From contig CBDFJF010000001.1 in NCBI GenBank assembly GCA_965248265.1, positions 2,688,001-2,752,000 on the forward strand: a stretch of 64,000 nt of DNA. The letters are read 5' to 3'. Positions within the stretch are counted from its first letter, which is position 1; each line of letters starts with the position of its first letter. The position numbers and the translations under genes are program-made. Of this stretch, positions 19,196 through 29,053 are shown in pieces. Origin of the DNA: Candidatus Latescibacterota bacterium. Its GTDB lineage: Bacteria > Latescibacterota > UBA2968 > UBA8231. Under the pieces are notes generated by a model. That model worked only from the letters and a program-made list of their open reading frames with translations, was not told the DNA's origin and searched no databases.

Positions 19196-19271
19196 GGGGC
19201 TGTAGCTCAGTTGGGAGAGCGCCTGAATGGCATTCAGGAGGTCAGGGGTTCGATTCCCCTCAGCTCCACCA
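19196..19271 (+). tRNA. tRNA-Ala(GGC)
   Basis: GGGGCTGTAGCTCAGTTGGGAGAGC, anticodon arm CCTGA-ATGGCAT-TCAGG, GGTTCGATTCC, encoded CCA; G3:U70 pair. Confidence 0.98.
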
Positions 19272-19279
19272 AATCGATC

Positions 19280-19321
19280 ACCCCTCTGCGTCGATCATTG
19301 CGCCGAGGGGTTTTCTGTTTT
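19280..19321 (+). terminator. Intrinsic terminator after tRNA
   Basis: ACCCCTC...GAGGGGT stem followed by TTTTCTGTTTT. Confidence 0.7.
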
Positions 19322-19379
19322 CCCCATTCTCGCGCCCCCGCAGCCCGAGTGGGATACTCGGACAGGCTCATAAGACACT

Positions 19380-19685
19380 GTGCTGGAACTTCGCGACGTC
19401 GCCTGGATGCGACTGCAGTGGAAGCGCTTCAAGCGATTGCTGGGCGGCGCCACCGGTATGTTCTGGCTGCTGTGCAGCAGCGGTGTTCTCTTCCTTCCTG
19501 AGGAGGAAGACGGCGAAACCTGGTTTTGGGCCCGAATCTCTCTTCTCGTGTGCCTGTTCTGTTCCACCATCGTCAGCCTGTGGCTGTACATCGCCGCTCG
19601 CCGGGAAATCAAACGCCTCGAGCGAGTGAGTGCCGACATGCGTGTTCAGGAGGCCAAGGAGCAGCGAGAGCGCAAGGCACGATGA
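19380..19685 (+). CDS. Small membrane protein
   Basis: Two hydrophobic segments and a basic tail; ATGA overlap with mfd start. Confidence 0.6.
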   Translation: MLELRDVAWMRLQWKRFKRLLGGATGMFWLLCSSGVLFLPEEEDGETWFWARISLLVCLFCSTIVSLWLYIAARREIKRLERVSADMRVQEAKEQRERKAR

Positions 19686-22600
19686 CGACTTCTCCGGCCC
19701 TCGACGCCATCGCCAGAAAGACGTCTGCAACCCGCAGCTTCCGGGAAGTGGTCTCACGACTGGAGCAGGGCGAGCGCAGTATTGAACTGCACGGTCTGCC
19801 GACGACGCTGGCGGCTTTCCTCGTCACCCACGTGCAACGCTCCCTGCCCCACCCCCTGTTGGTAGTGGCAGCCGACGAAGACCGCGCTGAGCAGTGGCGC
19901 GATGACCTGCAGGCCATCGCCGGCGAGGAGATCGTGCGCTATTTCCCTGCCTGGGACGTCGATCTGTACGACCGCCGATCTCCATCACAGGAGATCTCCG
20001 GACTGCGCATAGAGGCGCTGGACCGATTGGCCCGAAAACAACCTGCCATCATCGTCGCTCCTGCGGCTGCTCTGGTCACCCCGGTAATTCCACCCCATGC
20101 GCTGGAACTGGGGATGTTGAGCCTCAAGATCAATGGCGAGTTTCCACTCGACCAACTGGCCTCTCATCTGGTTGATACCGGGTTCGAGCGGGTACCCATG
20201 GTGGACGCAATCGGCCAGTTCAGCGTGCGTGGAGGCATCGTCGATATCTCACCAGTGGGCGTCGAAAACCCAGTGCGTCTGGAGTTTTTTGGGGACGAAA
20301 TCGAGTCCATCAGAGCATTCGACCTGTCGTCGCAACGATCGGTTGGCGCTCTGGAGGCCATCGATGTGCTGCCAGCACGTGAGGTGTTGATGAGCCCTCC
20401 ATTCTTCCAGGATTACGCCGCGGCTGTGCAGGCGGCCGGTAGCGAAGCGGACATCGATCTGAGTGAGGTGCGGGATCAGCTGGAACTGGGTGGATCGCTC
20501 GAGGGCATAGAGGTTTATATGGCCATCCTCTACGGACGCGATGGTGGGTTGTTCGAGTACCTCGACAACCCGGTCCTGTTCTGCGACGATGAAAACGAAA
20601 TCGCCGGCGCGCTCGAGAGTGCCATGCTGCCCTCCTACAAAGAGTACGAGCGCCATGCCGACCGCAAAACCCACCTGCCGCCTGATCACATCATCCGCGA
20701 TGGAACTTGGCTAACGGGGCAGATCAACGCGCAATCACGCCTGGTGTCGAACCTGCTCTCGCCTGGAGAAGGAGCGATCCGCTCGAGAGCGATCCGCCCA
20801 AGGGCGATCCGCTTCGACGCCAGGGAGCCACAGATCGTTTACGGTGAGCTCCCCGTACTGCGACAGGAAATCACCAAACTGACCAGCCAGAGCTTCGAGG
20901 TTCACGTCCTGGCCGAAAGTCAGGGACAGTGCAACCGGCTGGAGGAGATTCTCTCAGACTGGAGTGAGACGCTGGCCTTCGGCCTCGGCTCCCTGCAGCG
21001 AGGGTTCGTCTTTCCCGAAGCCAAAGTCGCCCTGTACAATGATCATGAAATCTTCAGCCGGCAGAAACAGCGTTATCGGTATCGCCGGTTCAGGGAAGCC
21101 AAACCGATATCCGGGTTTCAGGCGCTGCATTTGGGTGATGTCGTCGTCCACGTCGACCACGGTATCGGCCGCTACCGTGGTATCCGTCGACTGGAACTCG
21201 GGGGCAGGGACCACGACTGCCTGGAGATAGCCTACCAGGGTGACGACAAGCTCTTCATCCCGGTGGAGCAGCTGAATCGGCTGCGCAAGTATTCCAGCGC
21301 TGATGCCGAGCCGCCTTTGCTGAACCGCCTCGGATCGAACGCCTGGGAGAAGCTCAAGGAGCGCACCCGGGAAGAGATCTTCAAGATGGCCAGCGAACTC
21401 ATTCAGTTGTATGCGGAGCGCAAGACTCGTCCAGGGATGCAGTATGCTCCAGACACACCGCTGCAGCGCGAACTGGAAGCGGCGTTCCCTTTCCAGGAGA
21501 CCCCGGACCAATTGCGCACCATGGAGGATGTCAAGAAGGATATGGAGTCGGCCAACCCCATGGACCGGCTGGTGTGCGGCGATGTGGGTTACGGCAAGAC
21601 GGAGATCGCGGTGCGGGCCGCTTTCAAGGCCGTGTGCTCCGGTAAACAGGTGGCGGTACTGGTGCCGACGACGATCCTGGCACAGCAACATTACCAGACC
21701 TTCACCGAGCGCATGTCGCAGATGCCGGTACGCATTGACGTATTGAGCCGCTTTCGCACCGCCAAGGCACAACGAAGTGTTGTCAGCGATCTCAATCAGG
21801 GAAAAGTCGACATCCTGGTCGGCACTCATCGCATCCTTTCCAAGGATGTGCGGTTCGCAGATTTGGGCCTGCTCGTCGTCGACGAGGAACAGCGTTTCGG
21901 CGTCAAACACAAGGAACAGATCAAGAAGCTGAAAAGGCTCGTCGACGTCATCGCCCTCACGGCGACACCGATTCCACGAACTCTGCACATGTCGTTGATG
22001 GGTTCGCGAGACATGTCCGTCATCAACACCCCACCGCAAGACCGGTTGCCGATCCATACAGAGATCATCGCCTTCGACGAGGATCGCATCACTCAAGCCA
22101 TCGCCCGCGAAGTACAGCGCGGTGGCCAAGTCTATTTCGTCCACAATCGAATTCGATCGATCTTCCGCCTTGCCCAATACCTTGAAGAGCTGCTGCCGCA
22201 GGTGCGGTTCGCCGTGGCCCACGGACAAATGCCAGCCAGGCAGCTGGAAACCATCATGCACGACTTTCTGGAACGGAAGTACGATTGTCTCGTCAGTACA
22301 ATGATTATCGAGTCGGGAATCGACATACCTTCCGTCAACACGATTCTGGTCAACCGCGCCGACATGCTGGGCCTGGGTCAGCTTTATCAGATTCGTGGTC
22401 GCGTCGGGCGCTCCAAGGAGCGCGCCTATGCCTATCTGATGGTTCCCAAAGGCAAGCGGCTGACCAAAAAGAGCAGGTTGCGCCTGAGGGCGATCGAGGA
22501 GTTCGCCGACCTGGGATCCGGGTTCAATATCGCCATGCGCGACATGGAGATCCGTGGCGCCGGCAACATCATCGGAGCACAGCAGCACGGCTTCATCGCT

Positions 22601-23119
22601 GCCGTCGGCTTTGATCTGTATTGCCGCCTTCTGGATGAGGCAGTGCGCGAACTCAAAGGCGAGGTAGCCGATACCGGAATCGAACCCGATATCAAGATTT
22701 CCGTTACCGCCTACATTCCCGACGAGTACGTGCCGGATACGGATCTCAAGATGGAGTTTTACCAACGCCTCGCCGAGGCCAGGCGCATCGTCGATCTGCT
22801 GTCGATCGTGGAGGAGATGCAGGACCGCTTTGGCCGTATGCCCTACCAGGCGCAGTCATTGCTCAACATTATGGAGATCAAGATCATGGCTAGCCAACTG
22901 GGGTTGGCTGGAGTGCAACTCGAGAAATCCCGGCTTCGCCTTATCTTTCCTGAGGAGGTCGGCCCGTCCCCGGCGGAGATTCAGCAGTTGGTGCAAAAGA
23001 GCTCGGTCGATCTCGAGTTCGATGTCGGTGAGCGCTTGACGGTAGAAACCTTCATCCGCGCCACGGATGAACAGGAGCGACTGACCAAGGCCGTGGAAAT
23101 AATCCAGGAGATGGTGTGA
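19682..23119 (+). CDS. mfd: Transcription-repair coupling factor
   Basis: UvrB-homology module, VVHVDHGIG (RID), CGDVGYGKTE, VDEEQRFG, TATPIPR, QIRGRVGR, RDMEIRGAG, TRCF domain. Confidence 0.98.
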   Translation: MTTSPALDAIARKTSATRSFREVVSRLEQGERSIELHGLPTTLAAFLVTHVQRSLPHPLLVVAADEDRAEQWRDDLQAIAGEEIVRYFPAWDVDLYDRRSPSQEISGLRIEALDRLARKQPAIIVAPAAALVTPVIPPHALELGMLSLKINGEFPLDQLASHLVDTGFERVPMVDAIGQFSVRGGIVDISPVGVENPVRLEFFGDEIESIRAFDLSSQRSVGALEAIDVLPAREVLMSPPFFQDYAAAVQAAGSEADIDLSEVRDQLELGGSLEGIEVYMAILYGRDGGLFEYLDNPVLFCDDENEIAGALESAMLPSYKEYERHADRKTHLPPDHIIRDGTWLTGQINAQSRLVSNLLSPGEGAIRSRAIRPRAIRFDAREPQIVYGELPVLRQEITKLTSQSFEVHVLAESQGQCNRLEEILSDWSETLAFGLGSLQRGFVFPEAKVALYNDHEIFSRQKQRYRYRRFREAKPISGFQALHLGDVVVHVDHGIGRYRGIRRLELGGRDHDCLEIAYQGDDKLFIPVEQLNRLRKYSSADAEPPLLNRLGSNAWEKLKERTREEIFKMASELIQLYAERKTRPGMQYAPDTPLQRELEAAFPFQETPDQLRTMEDVKKDMESANPMDRLVCGDVGYGKTEIAVRAAFKAVCSGKQVAVLVPTTILAQQHYQTFTERMSQMPVRIDVLSRFRTAKAQRSVVSDLNQGKVDILVGTHRILSKDVRFADLGLLVVDEEQRFGVKHKEQIKKLKRLVDVIALTATPIPRTLHMSLMGSRDMSVINTPPQDRLPIHTEIIAFDEDRITQAIAREVQRGGQVYFVHNRIRSIFRLAQYLEELLPQVRFAVAHGQMPARQLETIMHDFLERKYDCLVSTMIIESGIDIPSVNTILVNRADMLGLGQLYQIRGRVGRSKERAYAYLMVPKGKRLTKKSRLRLRAIEEFADLGSGFNIAMRDMEIRGAGNIIGAQQHGFIAAVGFDLYCRLLDEAVRELKGEVADTGIEPDIKISVTAYIPDEYVPDTDLKMEFYQRLAEARRIVDLLSIVEEMQDRFGRMPYQAQSLLNIMEIKIMASQLGLAGVQLEKSRLRLIFPEEVGPSPAEIQQLVQKSSVDLEFDVGERLTVETFIRATDEQERLTKAVEIIQEMV
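20771..20815 (+). repeat. In-frame 15-bp tandem triplication within mfd
   Basis: GGAGCGATCCGCTCG/AGAGCGATCCGCCCA/AGGGCGATCCGCTTC encodes GAIRS-RAIRP-RAIRF. Confidence 0.8.
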
Positions 23120-23970
23120 AGGATATTCGATTGTCGTGCCGGTTGCGCGCTATCGCGTTGGTTGGTCTTTGGTTGATGTCTTTTACTTGCGGCCCGGAGC
23201 GTCACAGCACGCCCGTGGTGGCGCGTGTCGGCGATACCGCCTTGACCGTAGCGCAAGTGCAGAACCGGGTAGCGCCTGGGCTGGGTCCAGACGAGACCGC
23301 CGCGCAAAGAAGAGAGTTCGTGGACAAGTGGATAGAACAGCAGCTGGTGTACCAGGAAGCTCTGGCTCAGGGCCTGGACGAGAACGCCCGGGTCCAGCAG
23401 CTGTTGGATGAGGCCCGCCGTGATGTATTGGTCGCCAGTTTCCTGAACCGGGAATTCGAGGCCCAGGTCGAAATTTCAGAGTTTGAGATCACCGACTACT
23501 TTGCAACTCACTCGCAGGAGTTTTCGCGCACGGAAGATGAAATCCGGGCGCAGCATATTTTACTCAATTTCAACCAACGCCATGCGAACAAATTGAGGCA
23601 GCAGTTGGTACAGGGGGATTCCTTCGAGGACGCTGCGCTTGAGCATTCCCTCGACCAGAGCAGCAAGGGTGCTGGGGGTGATCTTGGATACTTCGGAGCC
23701 GAAGACTATCCGGAGCTCTGGCAAGCGTGCCAGAATCTGACGATCAACCGCCTGTCGAAGCCGGTCGAATCGAACCGCGGCTTACACCTGGTCCGCGTGC
23801 TGGACCGGCAGGAAGCGGGAACCGTGAAGGATCTGGAACAGGTTCGCCGTGAAATCGTTGAGACGCTGGTGCATCAGCATTACCGGCAGCAACTCGGCGA
23901 TTTGGTCCAACGACTGAAATCCGAAATGAGCTGGGAATTCGATGAGGGCCAACTCGATGGCAGCTCGTAG
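23116..23970 (+). CDS. PpiC/parvulin-type PPIase, probable lipoprotein
   Basis: VVARVG, IRAQHIL, FEDAALEHSLD, GGDLGYF, GLHLV. Confidence 0.88.
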   Translation: MKDIRLSCRLRAIALVGLWLMSFTCGPERHSTPVVARVGDTALTVAQVQNRVAPGLGPDETAAQRREFVDKWIEQQLVYQEALAQGLDENARVQQLLDEARRDVLVASFLNREFEAQVEISEFEITDYFATHSQEFSRTEDEIRAQHILLNFNQRHANKLRQQLVQGDSFEDAALEHSLDQSSKGAGGDLGYFGAEDYPELWQACQNLTINRLSKPVESNRGLHLVRVLDRQEAGTVKDLEQVRREIVETLVHQHYRQQLGDLVQRLKSEMSWEFDEGQLDGSS

Positions 23971-25258
23971 CGTTCTCGGCGTCGGTGCCCTTTTTCTAGT
24001 CACCGTCGTCATTACCATAGTAGCTCCCTCCAAGGCGGAGGCGTCCGCGCCACCGGAACTGCTGGACCGGATAGTCGCCGTCGTCGACGACGAGGTAATC
24101 CTGTGGTCTGAACTCAACTTTCGTGTCCTGGAAGAGATGAGGCTGGCGGGTGGCTACCCGTCTGTTGCTGAAATCGAGCGCCGACGCGTTCTCAACCTCG
24201 ATACCATGATGGACGAGCAAGTGTTGGTCTCCAAGGCCAAGCACGACAGTGTCGAAATTGATAATACGGAAGTAGAGGAGTTGCTCAGTGACCAGCTCAA
24301 TCAGATAAAGACGACCATGGCCCCGGGAGAGTTGGAAGAAATGCTGGATCGCTCCGGTATGTCTGAGCGCCAGCTGAAAGCGAAATACCGCAAGCAGATC
24401 CGGCACCAACTCCTGTACCAACAGATGGTCAGGATTCTCGCGTCGCGTCAATTCGTCAACCGTCGGGACGTGGACGACTATCGCCAGGCGCACCTCGACT
24501 CGCTGCCTGCCCAGGTTTCCCTGAGCCAGATCTTTTTTAAGGTCGAAGCAAGCGCAGATGTGCTGCATGGAGCCCAGGTGAGACTGGAGGAAGCGCGGAA
24601 ACGGCTCGATACGGGTGCTGATTTCGCCGATGTCGCTCGTGAGCTGTCGGAAGATCCGGGAACCGCCAGTGATGGAGGCGACCTGGGGTGCTATTCCCCG
24701 GGCACGCTCGTGCCGGAATTCGAGCGAGCGGCGGCCGAGCTCAAACCGGGACAGATCAGCGATCCCGTGCTGACGGAGTACGGGTACCACCTGATCCAGC
24801 TTCGAGAGATTCGTGAGACCGAAGTCTGTGCCAGCCACATCCTGGCGTTGGCCCGTACCAACGAAGGGGACCGAAGGCTTGTCGTCGATCGCCTGCGCGA
24901 ACTTCGCGAGCGCGCCCTGCAAGGCGAAGACTTCGCGGACCTGGCGCGCCAGTACTCGCAGGATCCCCGCACGGCCCAACAGGGTGGTTGGTGGAATACC
25001 TTGAAAAAAGAGGAGATACCCCCCTTCCTGGTCCCGTTTGTCGGCCACCTGCGACTGGGCGAGATCTCGGAGCCCTTTGTGATGGAGGATGGCGCCCGCA
25101 TCATTCACGTCAACGACGATCAGAATACCCTGGAGTCCTTCGTTCGCGAGCAGCTGATGATTGATCGGATGCGCGAACTCATCGACACCCACAAGCTGGA
25201 AATCCACGTCGAAAACCGCCTGGAAGATGACTTCCTCTGGCAGTGGGTGGGACGATGA
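23957..25258 (+). CDS. surA: SurA-like chaperone/PPIase
   Basis: LDRIVAVVDDEVIL N-domain; two parvulin domains (FADVARELSEDP, FADLARQYSQDP). Confidence 0.85.
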   Translation: MAARSVLGVGALFLVTVVITIVAPSKAEASAPPELLDRIVAVVDDEVILWSELNFRVLEEMRLAGGYPSVAEIERRRVLNLDTMMDEQVLVSKAKHDSVEIDNTEVEELLSDQLNQIKTTMAPGELEEMLDRSGMSERQLKAKYRKQIRHQLLYQQMVRILASRQFVNRRDVDDYRQAHLDSLPAQVSLSQIFFKVEASADVLHGAQVRLEEARKRLDTGADFADVARELSEDPGTASDGGDLGCYSPGTLVPEFERAAAELKPGQISDPVLTEYGYHLIQLREIRETEVCASHILALARTNEGDRRLVVDRLRELRERALQGEDFADLARQYSQDPRTAQQGGWWNTLKKEEIPPFLVPFVGHLRLGEISEPFVMEDGARIIHVNDDQNTLESFVREQLMIDRMRELIDTHKLEIHVENRLEDDFLWQWVGR

Positions 25259-25557
25259 CTCGTCTCGATCAATATTTGAAATACACCGGCCTGCTGAAGC
25301 AGCGCAGCGAGGCCAAACGCGCCTGTCAGGGAGGTGAGGTCCGTGTCGACGGGATGCCTGCCAAGGCAGGCCGGGAGGTGCGCGTCGGCGAGATCCTGAC
25401 AATCGACACACCGACCCGGCATGTCGAGGCGCAGGTCCTTGACATACCCCGGCACCCGGTGGCGAAGAGCAGGCGTGGTGATTTTTGTCGCATCATCGAA
25501 GAGCGGAGGCATGAGCACGAAGAGCAAGAGGAACACCTGAGCTTCGACGAATTCTGA
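25255..25557 (+). CDS. S4-domain RNA-binding protein (Hsp15/RqcP-like)
   Basis: RLDQYLK..GLLKQRSEAK..C.GG.V.VDG..AK. Confidence 0.9.
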   Translation: MTRLDQYLKYTGLLKQRSEAKRACQGGEVRVDGMPAKAGREVRVGEILTIDTPTRHVEAQVLDIPRHPVAKSRRGDFCRIIEERRHEHEEQEEHLSFDEF

Positions 25558-26324
25558 TGATTCAGCAGACTCCAACAGATGAACGGCCGGCCTATGAGGG
25601 ACTCGCGGCGATCTATGACCATGTCATGCGCCACGTCGATTACTCGGAATGGGCCCGTTACATAGATTCGGTCTTCAAGCGACACGGTGTTGAACCGGCG
25701 ACCCTCGTCGATCTGGCGTGCGGCACGGGCAACGTGACTATGCAATTGAACCATCTGGGGTACTCAATTAGGGGTGTTGACCGCTCCGGTGCCATGGTGG
25801 AGGTGGCGCAATCCAAGTCGGATAATCTGGGCAGTCCGGTGGCCTTCAGGCGCGGCGACCTTCGCCAACTGGACGGGCTGGGGCCATTCAGCGCCGCCGT
25901 TTGCCTGTATGACAGCTTCAATTACCTGACCACCAGTACTGACGTCGACCTCGCCTTCGCGCAGGTCTACGAGGTGCTCGAGCCGCGCGGAATGTTCATC
26001 TTCGACGTGTGCACGGAGCGCAATTCCCTCATGCACTTTCAGGATATTCAGGAGTCGGAGCAGGGACCCGGTTTTGTGTACTCCCGGCACAGTTATTACG
26101 ATAGAGAGCAGAAAATGCAGTTCAACAGTTTCAAGATTCGCTTCGATGGCCAAGAGTCGACGGTGACGGAAACCCACGCACAACGCATCTACGCCCACGA
26201 CGAAATGGTGGAACTCATCGGTAAGAGCCAGTTTGATCTGGTGGACGCCTACGACGGCTTCACCTTGTCCAACGGGTCCGACGATTCCGACCGCGTCCAC
26301 TTCATTCTGAGAAAGGCGGAGTAA
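25557..26324 (+). CDS. Class I SAM-dependent methyltransferase
   Basis: VDLACGTG, GVDRSGAM, CLYDSFNY. Confidence 0.9.
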   Translation: MIQQTPTDERPAYEGLAAIYDHVMRHVDYSEWARYIDSVFKRHGVEPATLVDLACGTGNVTMQLNHLGYSIRGVDRSGAMVEVAQSKSDNLGSPVAFRRGDLRQLDGLGPFSAAVCLYDSFNYLTTSTDVDLAFAQVYEVLEPRGMFIFDVCTERNSLMHFQDIQESEQGPGFVYSRHSYYDREQKMQFNSFKIRFDGQESTVTETHAQRIYAHDEMVELIGKSQFDLVDAYDGFTLSNGSDDSDRVHFILRKAE

Positions 26325-26363
26325 GCCCGCCGTCTAAGGACGCGTGCTTATTCCCGCCGCACC

Positions 26364-27323
26364 ATGATGAAAATACCCGGAATCGAAGAAGTCGCGGCAT
26401 TGCTGCGTGAGGGCGACGACTTTCTCATCACTTCGCATGTAAATACGGATGGCGACAGCATCGCCTCGTGCCTGGCACTGTTGGCCCTGCTGAAGGCGCA
26501 GGGTAAACGCGGCACCGTGGTGTTGCAGGATCCTCCCCCGGCCAACTTCGATTTTCTGCAGGGTGTCGACGAAATCGGTATCGCCGGCGAAACACCGGCA
26601 CGCTCAGCCCGGTTCGCTGCGGTATTGGACTGTCCCGACCTGGAGCGATCGGGGACCGCGAGGGAGTATGTGGCAGACGACGCGCGCGTCGTCAACGTCG
26701 ACCACCACAAGGGCAATACCAATTTTGGGACGGCCAACCTGGTCACCGGGGAGGTGTCGTCCACCAGCGAGCTGTTGTATCACCTGATTGGGCATGCAGG
26801 ACTTGACGTCGATCGAGATCTGGCCGAGTTGCTCTACACAGGCATACTCTACGACACCGGGGGATTCCGCTACTCCTTGACGACGGCGACGACCCTGGAT
26901 GTGGCGGCGGACCTGGTACGCCATGGCGCTCGCCTGGACATGATCGCCGATCGCGTATTCAACAGCAGTTCGCTCGAGCAGGTCAAAATGATGGGCAAAG
27001 CGGTCGAATCCCTCGAACTGGTCGAGAATGGCCGCATCGCTCTGCTGCACCTGGGAGAGCGTGAGATGAGTACGGCCAATGCCGATGAGGCCGTCAACTA
27101 CGGTCTGATGATCAGAGGCGTCGAAGTCACCTTGCTGCTGAAAGAGGACACGCATGAACGTTATCGCGTCAGCCTGCGTTCACGCGACCGTGTCGATGTC
27201 GACAAGGTGGCCGCTGCCTTCGGCGGCGGTGGACACAACCGGGCTTCTGGTTGCCGGATGGAAGGAGTGCGGGAGCAGGTCATGCAGGCTCTGGTACGGG
27301 AAGTCGTGAAGCAGCTTGACTAG
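26364..27323 (+). CDS. nrnA: DHH/DHHA1 phosphoesterase (NrnA-like)
   Basis: H..DGD, VDHH, DTGGF, SLRS, GGGGH. Confidence 0.9.
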   Translation: MMKIPGIEEVAALLREGDDFLITSHVNTDGDSIASCLALLALLKAQGKRGTVVLQDPPPANFDFLQGVDEIGIAGETPARSARFAAVLDCPDLERSGTAREYVADDARVVNVDHHKGNTNFGTANLVTGEVSSTSELLYHLIGHAGLDVDRDLAELLYTGILYDTGGFRYSLTTATTLDVAADLVRHGARLDMIADRVFNSSSLEQVKMMGKAVESLELVENGRIALLHLGEREMSTANADEAVNYGLMIRGVEVTLLLKEDTHERYRVSLRSRDRVDVDKVAAAFGGGGHNRASGCRMEGVREQVMQALVREVVKQLD

Positions 27324-28227
27324 TCATCTTATCACTCTCAAGGACTGGTCGGGTGATGATATCCGGCAGGTGGTCGAAGAGGGCATCGCCCTCAAGCAGG
27401 ATCCGTCACGGGGCCGTGGCGCCCTGGCCCAACAGACCCTGGCGTTGTTATTCCAGAAAACCTCTACCCGCACGCGATGCTCAGGCGAGATCGGCATGAG
27501 CCAGCTGGGTGGGCAGGCCATCTACCTAGACTGGCGTGCCAGCAACTTCGGTCTGTCCGACCTGGGCGATGAGGTCCGTGTGCTTTCCGCCTACGTCGAC
27601 TTCATCGTTGCCCGATTGCTACATCATGACGACCTCAGGACGGTGGCCGCCGCTGCCACGGTGCCGGTGATGAACGGCTGTTGCGACCGCTACCATCCGC
27701 TGCAGATCCTCGCCGACCTGCAGACGATTCAAGAAAAGCTGGACCGGCTTGAGGGGGTTAGACTGACATATGCCGGCGTGCACAACAACGTCTGCAACTC
27801 CCTGATCGCCGCCGGACTCAAGGTCGGCATGGAGATCACCGTGGTCGCCCCCGAGATCAACGCCGCTACCGTCGACGAGGAGTTGCTTGCCCAGGCACGT
27901 AGCGCCGGGACCTACAAGACGTGCGACGATCTGCGACGCGGCGTCGAGGATTGCGATGCCGTGTACACGGACACCTGGCTGGATATGGAGTACTTCGACA
28001 ACCCGGATTTCAAAGAAGAGAAGGAGCGCCGGCTCGCGCTTCTGCTTCCGTATCAGCTGAACAGGTCAGTGCTGGAAGGCCTGGACGCATTGATCATGCA
28101 TTGCCTGCCTGCCCACCGGGGATACGAAATCGAGGGAGAGCTCATTGACGATCCGCGCTCTGTGCTGTTCGATCAGGCGGAAAACCGCCTGCACAGTCAG
28201 AAAGCTGCTCTGCTCAAGCTGGCGTAG
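27316..28227 (+). CDS. argF: Ornithine carbamoyltransferase family
   Basis: STRTR, HPLQ, HCLPA, QAENR; SMG loop replaced by DME. Confidence 0.85.
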   Translation: MTSHLITLKDWSGDDIRQVVEEGIALKQDPSRGRGALAQQTLALLFQKTSTRTRCSGEIGMSQLGGQAIYLDWRASNFGLSDLGDEVRVLSAYVDFIVARLLHHDDLRTVAAAATVPVMNGCCDRYHPLQILADLQTIQEKLDRLEGVRLTYAGVHNNVCNSLIAAGLKVGMEITVVAPEINAATVDEELLAQARSAGTYKTCDDLRRGVEDCDAVYTDTWLDMEYFDNPDFKEEKERRLALLLPYQLNRSVLEGLDALIMHCLPAHRGYEIEGELIDDPRSVLFDQAENRLHSQKAALLKLA

Positions 28228-28258
28228 CCGGCGCCGTGATCCCGTCGGTCGGCGGCGT

Positions 28259-29032
28259 GTGTTTCTGACCGCCGCCGCTTTTTTCTGGATGGCGTCGCTG
28301 ACGTCCCCCCTGATCGCTCAGGAAGCCGCGGATACGACGGTGGAAGAGGCGGATACGACCGTCGTCGAGGCCCCGAAGTCCAAGTACGGCATATTCGCCG
28401 GCTACCTGCCCGACTCACCCGAGGCTGGGCCGCAACTGGCCGTCGGCCTGGGACGCTACCTCGTCAATTTCGGCAGCCGCGACGGGGTCAAGAAGGGCAG
28501 CATTTTCGAAGTTCAACGGCACGAGCGCTACGTCGGCCTGGTGCGCGTCGAGCAGGTGTGGCGCGACTCCGCGTCCGTACGGGTCGTTAATCTCGAACGA
28601 TGGGAACACCCCCCTCGTTCCACCAACGCCCTGCCACTGTGGGACGGACAGCCCTACACCTTCTGGCTCTTCCCGCACTATGTGTTGCTGGAAACCGTCC
28701 ACTTCGATCTGGGAAAACCCGTGTTCACACCGGCAATGCACGACCGCCTGCGCTACGCAGCACGATTTATCCTGTCGTTCCCCGACTTCCCGGTCGTGAT
28801 CGAAGGGCACACGGACAACAGCGGAGCAGCAGAGAAGAATCTGGTTCTCAGCCGTAACCGCGCCGAGGAGATAAGACGCTACCTCTACGAGATTCAACTC
28901 GTCCCGATGGAGCAGATGCACCCGGTTGGGTTTGGGGAGACCCGGCCGGTGACCCCCAACTCATCGGAAGACGGCCGCCGGCAGAACCGTCGCGTCGACA
29001 TCATCTTGATGAATGAATTCAAGGAGGAATAA
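28259..29032 (+). CDS. Secreted OmpA-family peptidoglycan-binding protein; start uncertain
   Basis: IEGHTD...N..LS..RA...G.GE..P...NRRVDI. Confidence 0.88.
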   Translation: MFLTAAAFFWMASLTSPLIAQEAADTTVEEADTTVVEAPKSKYGIFAGYLPDSPEAGPQLAVGLGRYLVNFGSRDGVKKGSIFEVQRHERYVGLVRVEQVWRDSASVRVVNLERWEHPPRSTNALPLWDGQPYTFWLFPHYVLLETVHFDLGKPVFTPAMHDRLRYAARFILSFPDFPVVIEGHTDNSGAAEKNLVLSRNRAEEIRRYLYEIQLVPMEQMHPVGFGETRPVTPNSSEDGRRQNRRVDIILMNEFKEE

Positions 29033-29053
29033 CCCTGCCCTTGCGGTAGAGTC

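Noticed and set aside
19196-19330. Genomic island integrated at tRNA-Ala
   Set aside because: No integrase, no duplicated tRNA 3' end seen, and housekeeping genes follow directly.
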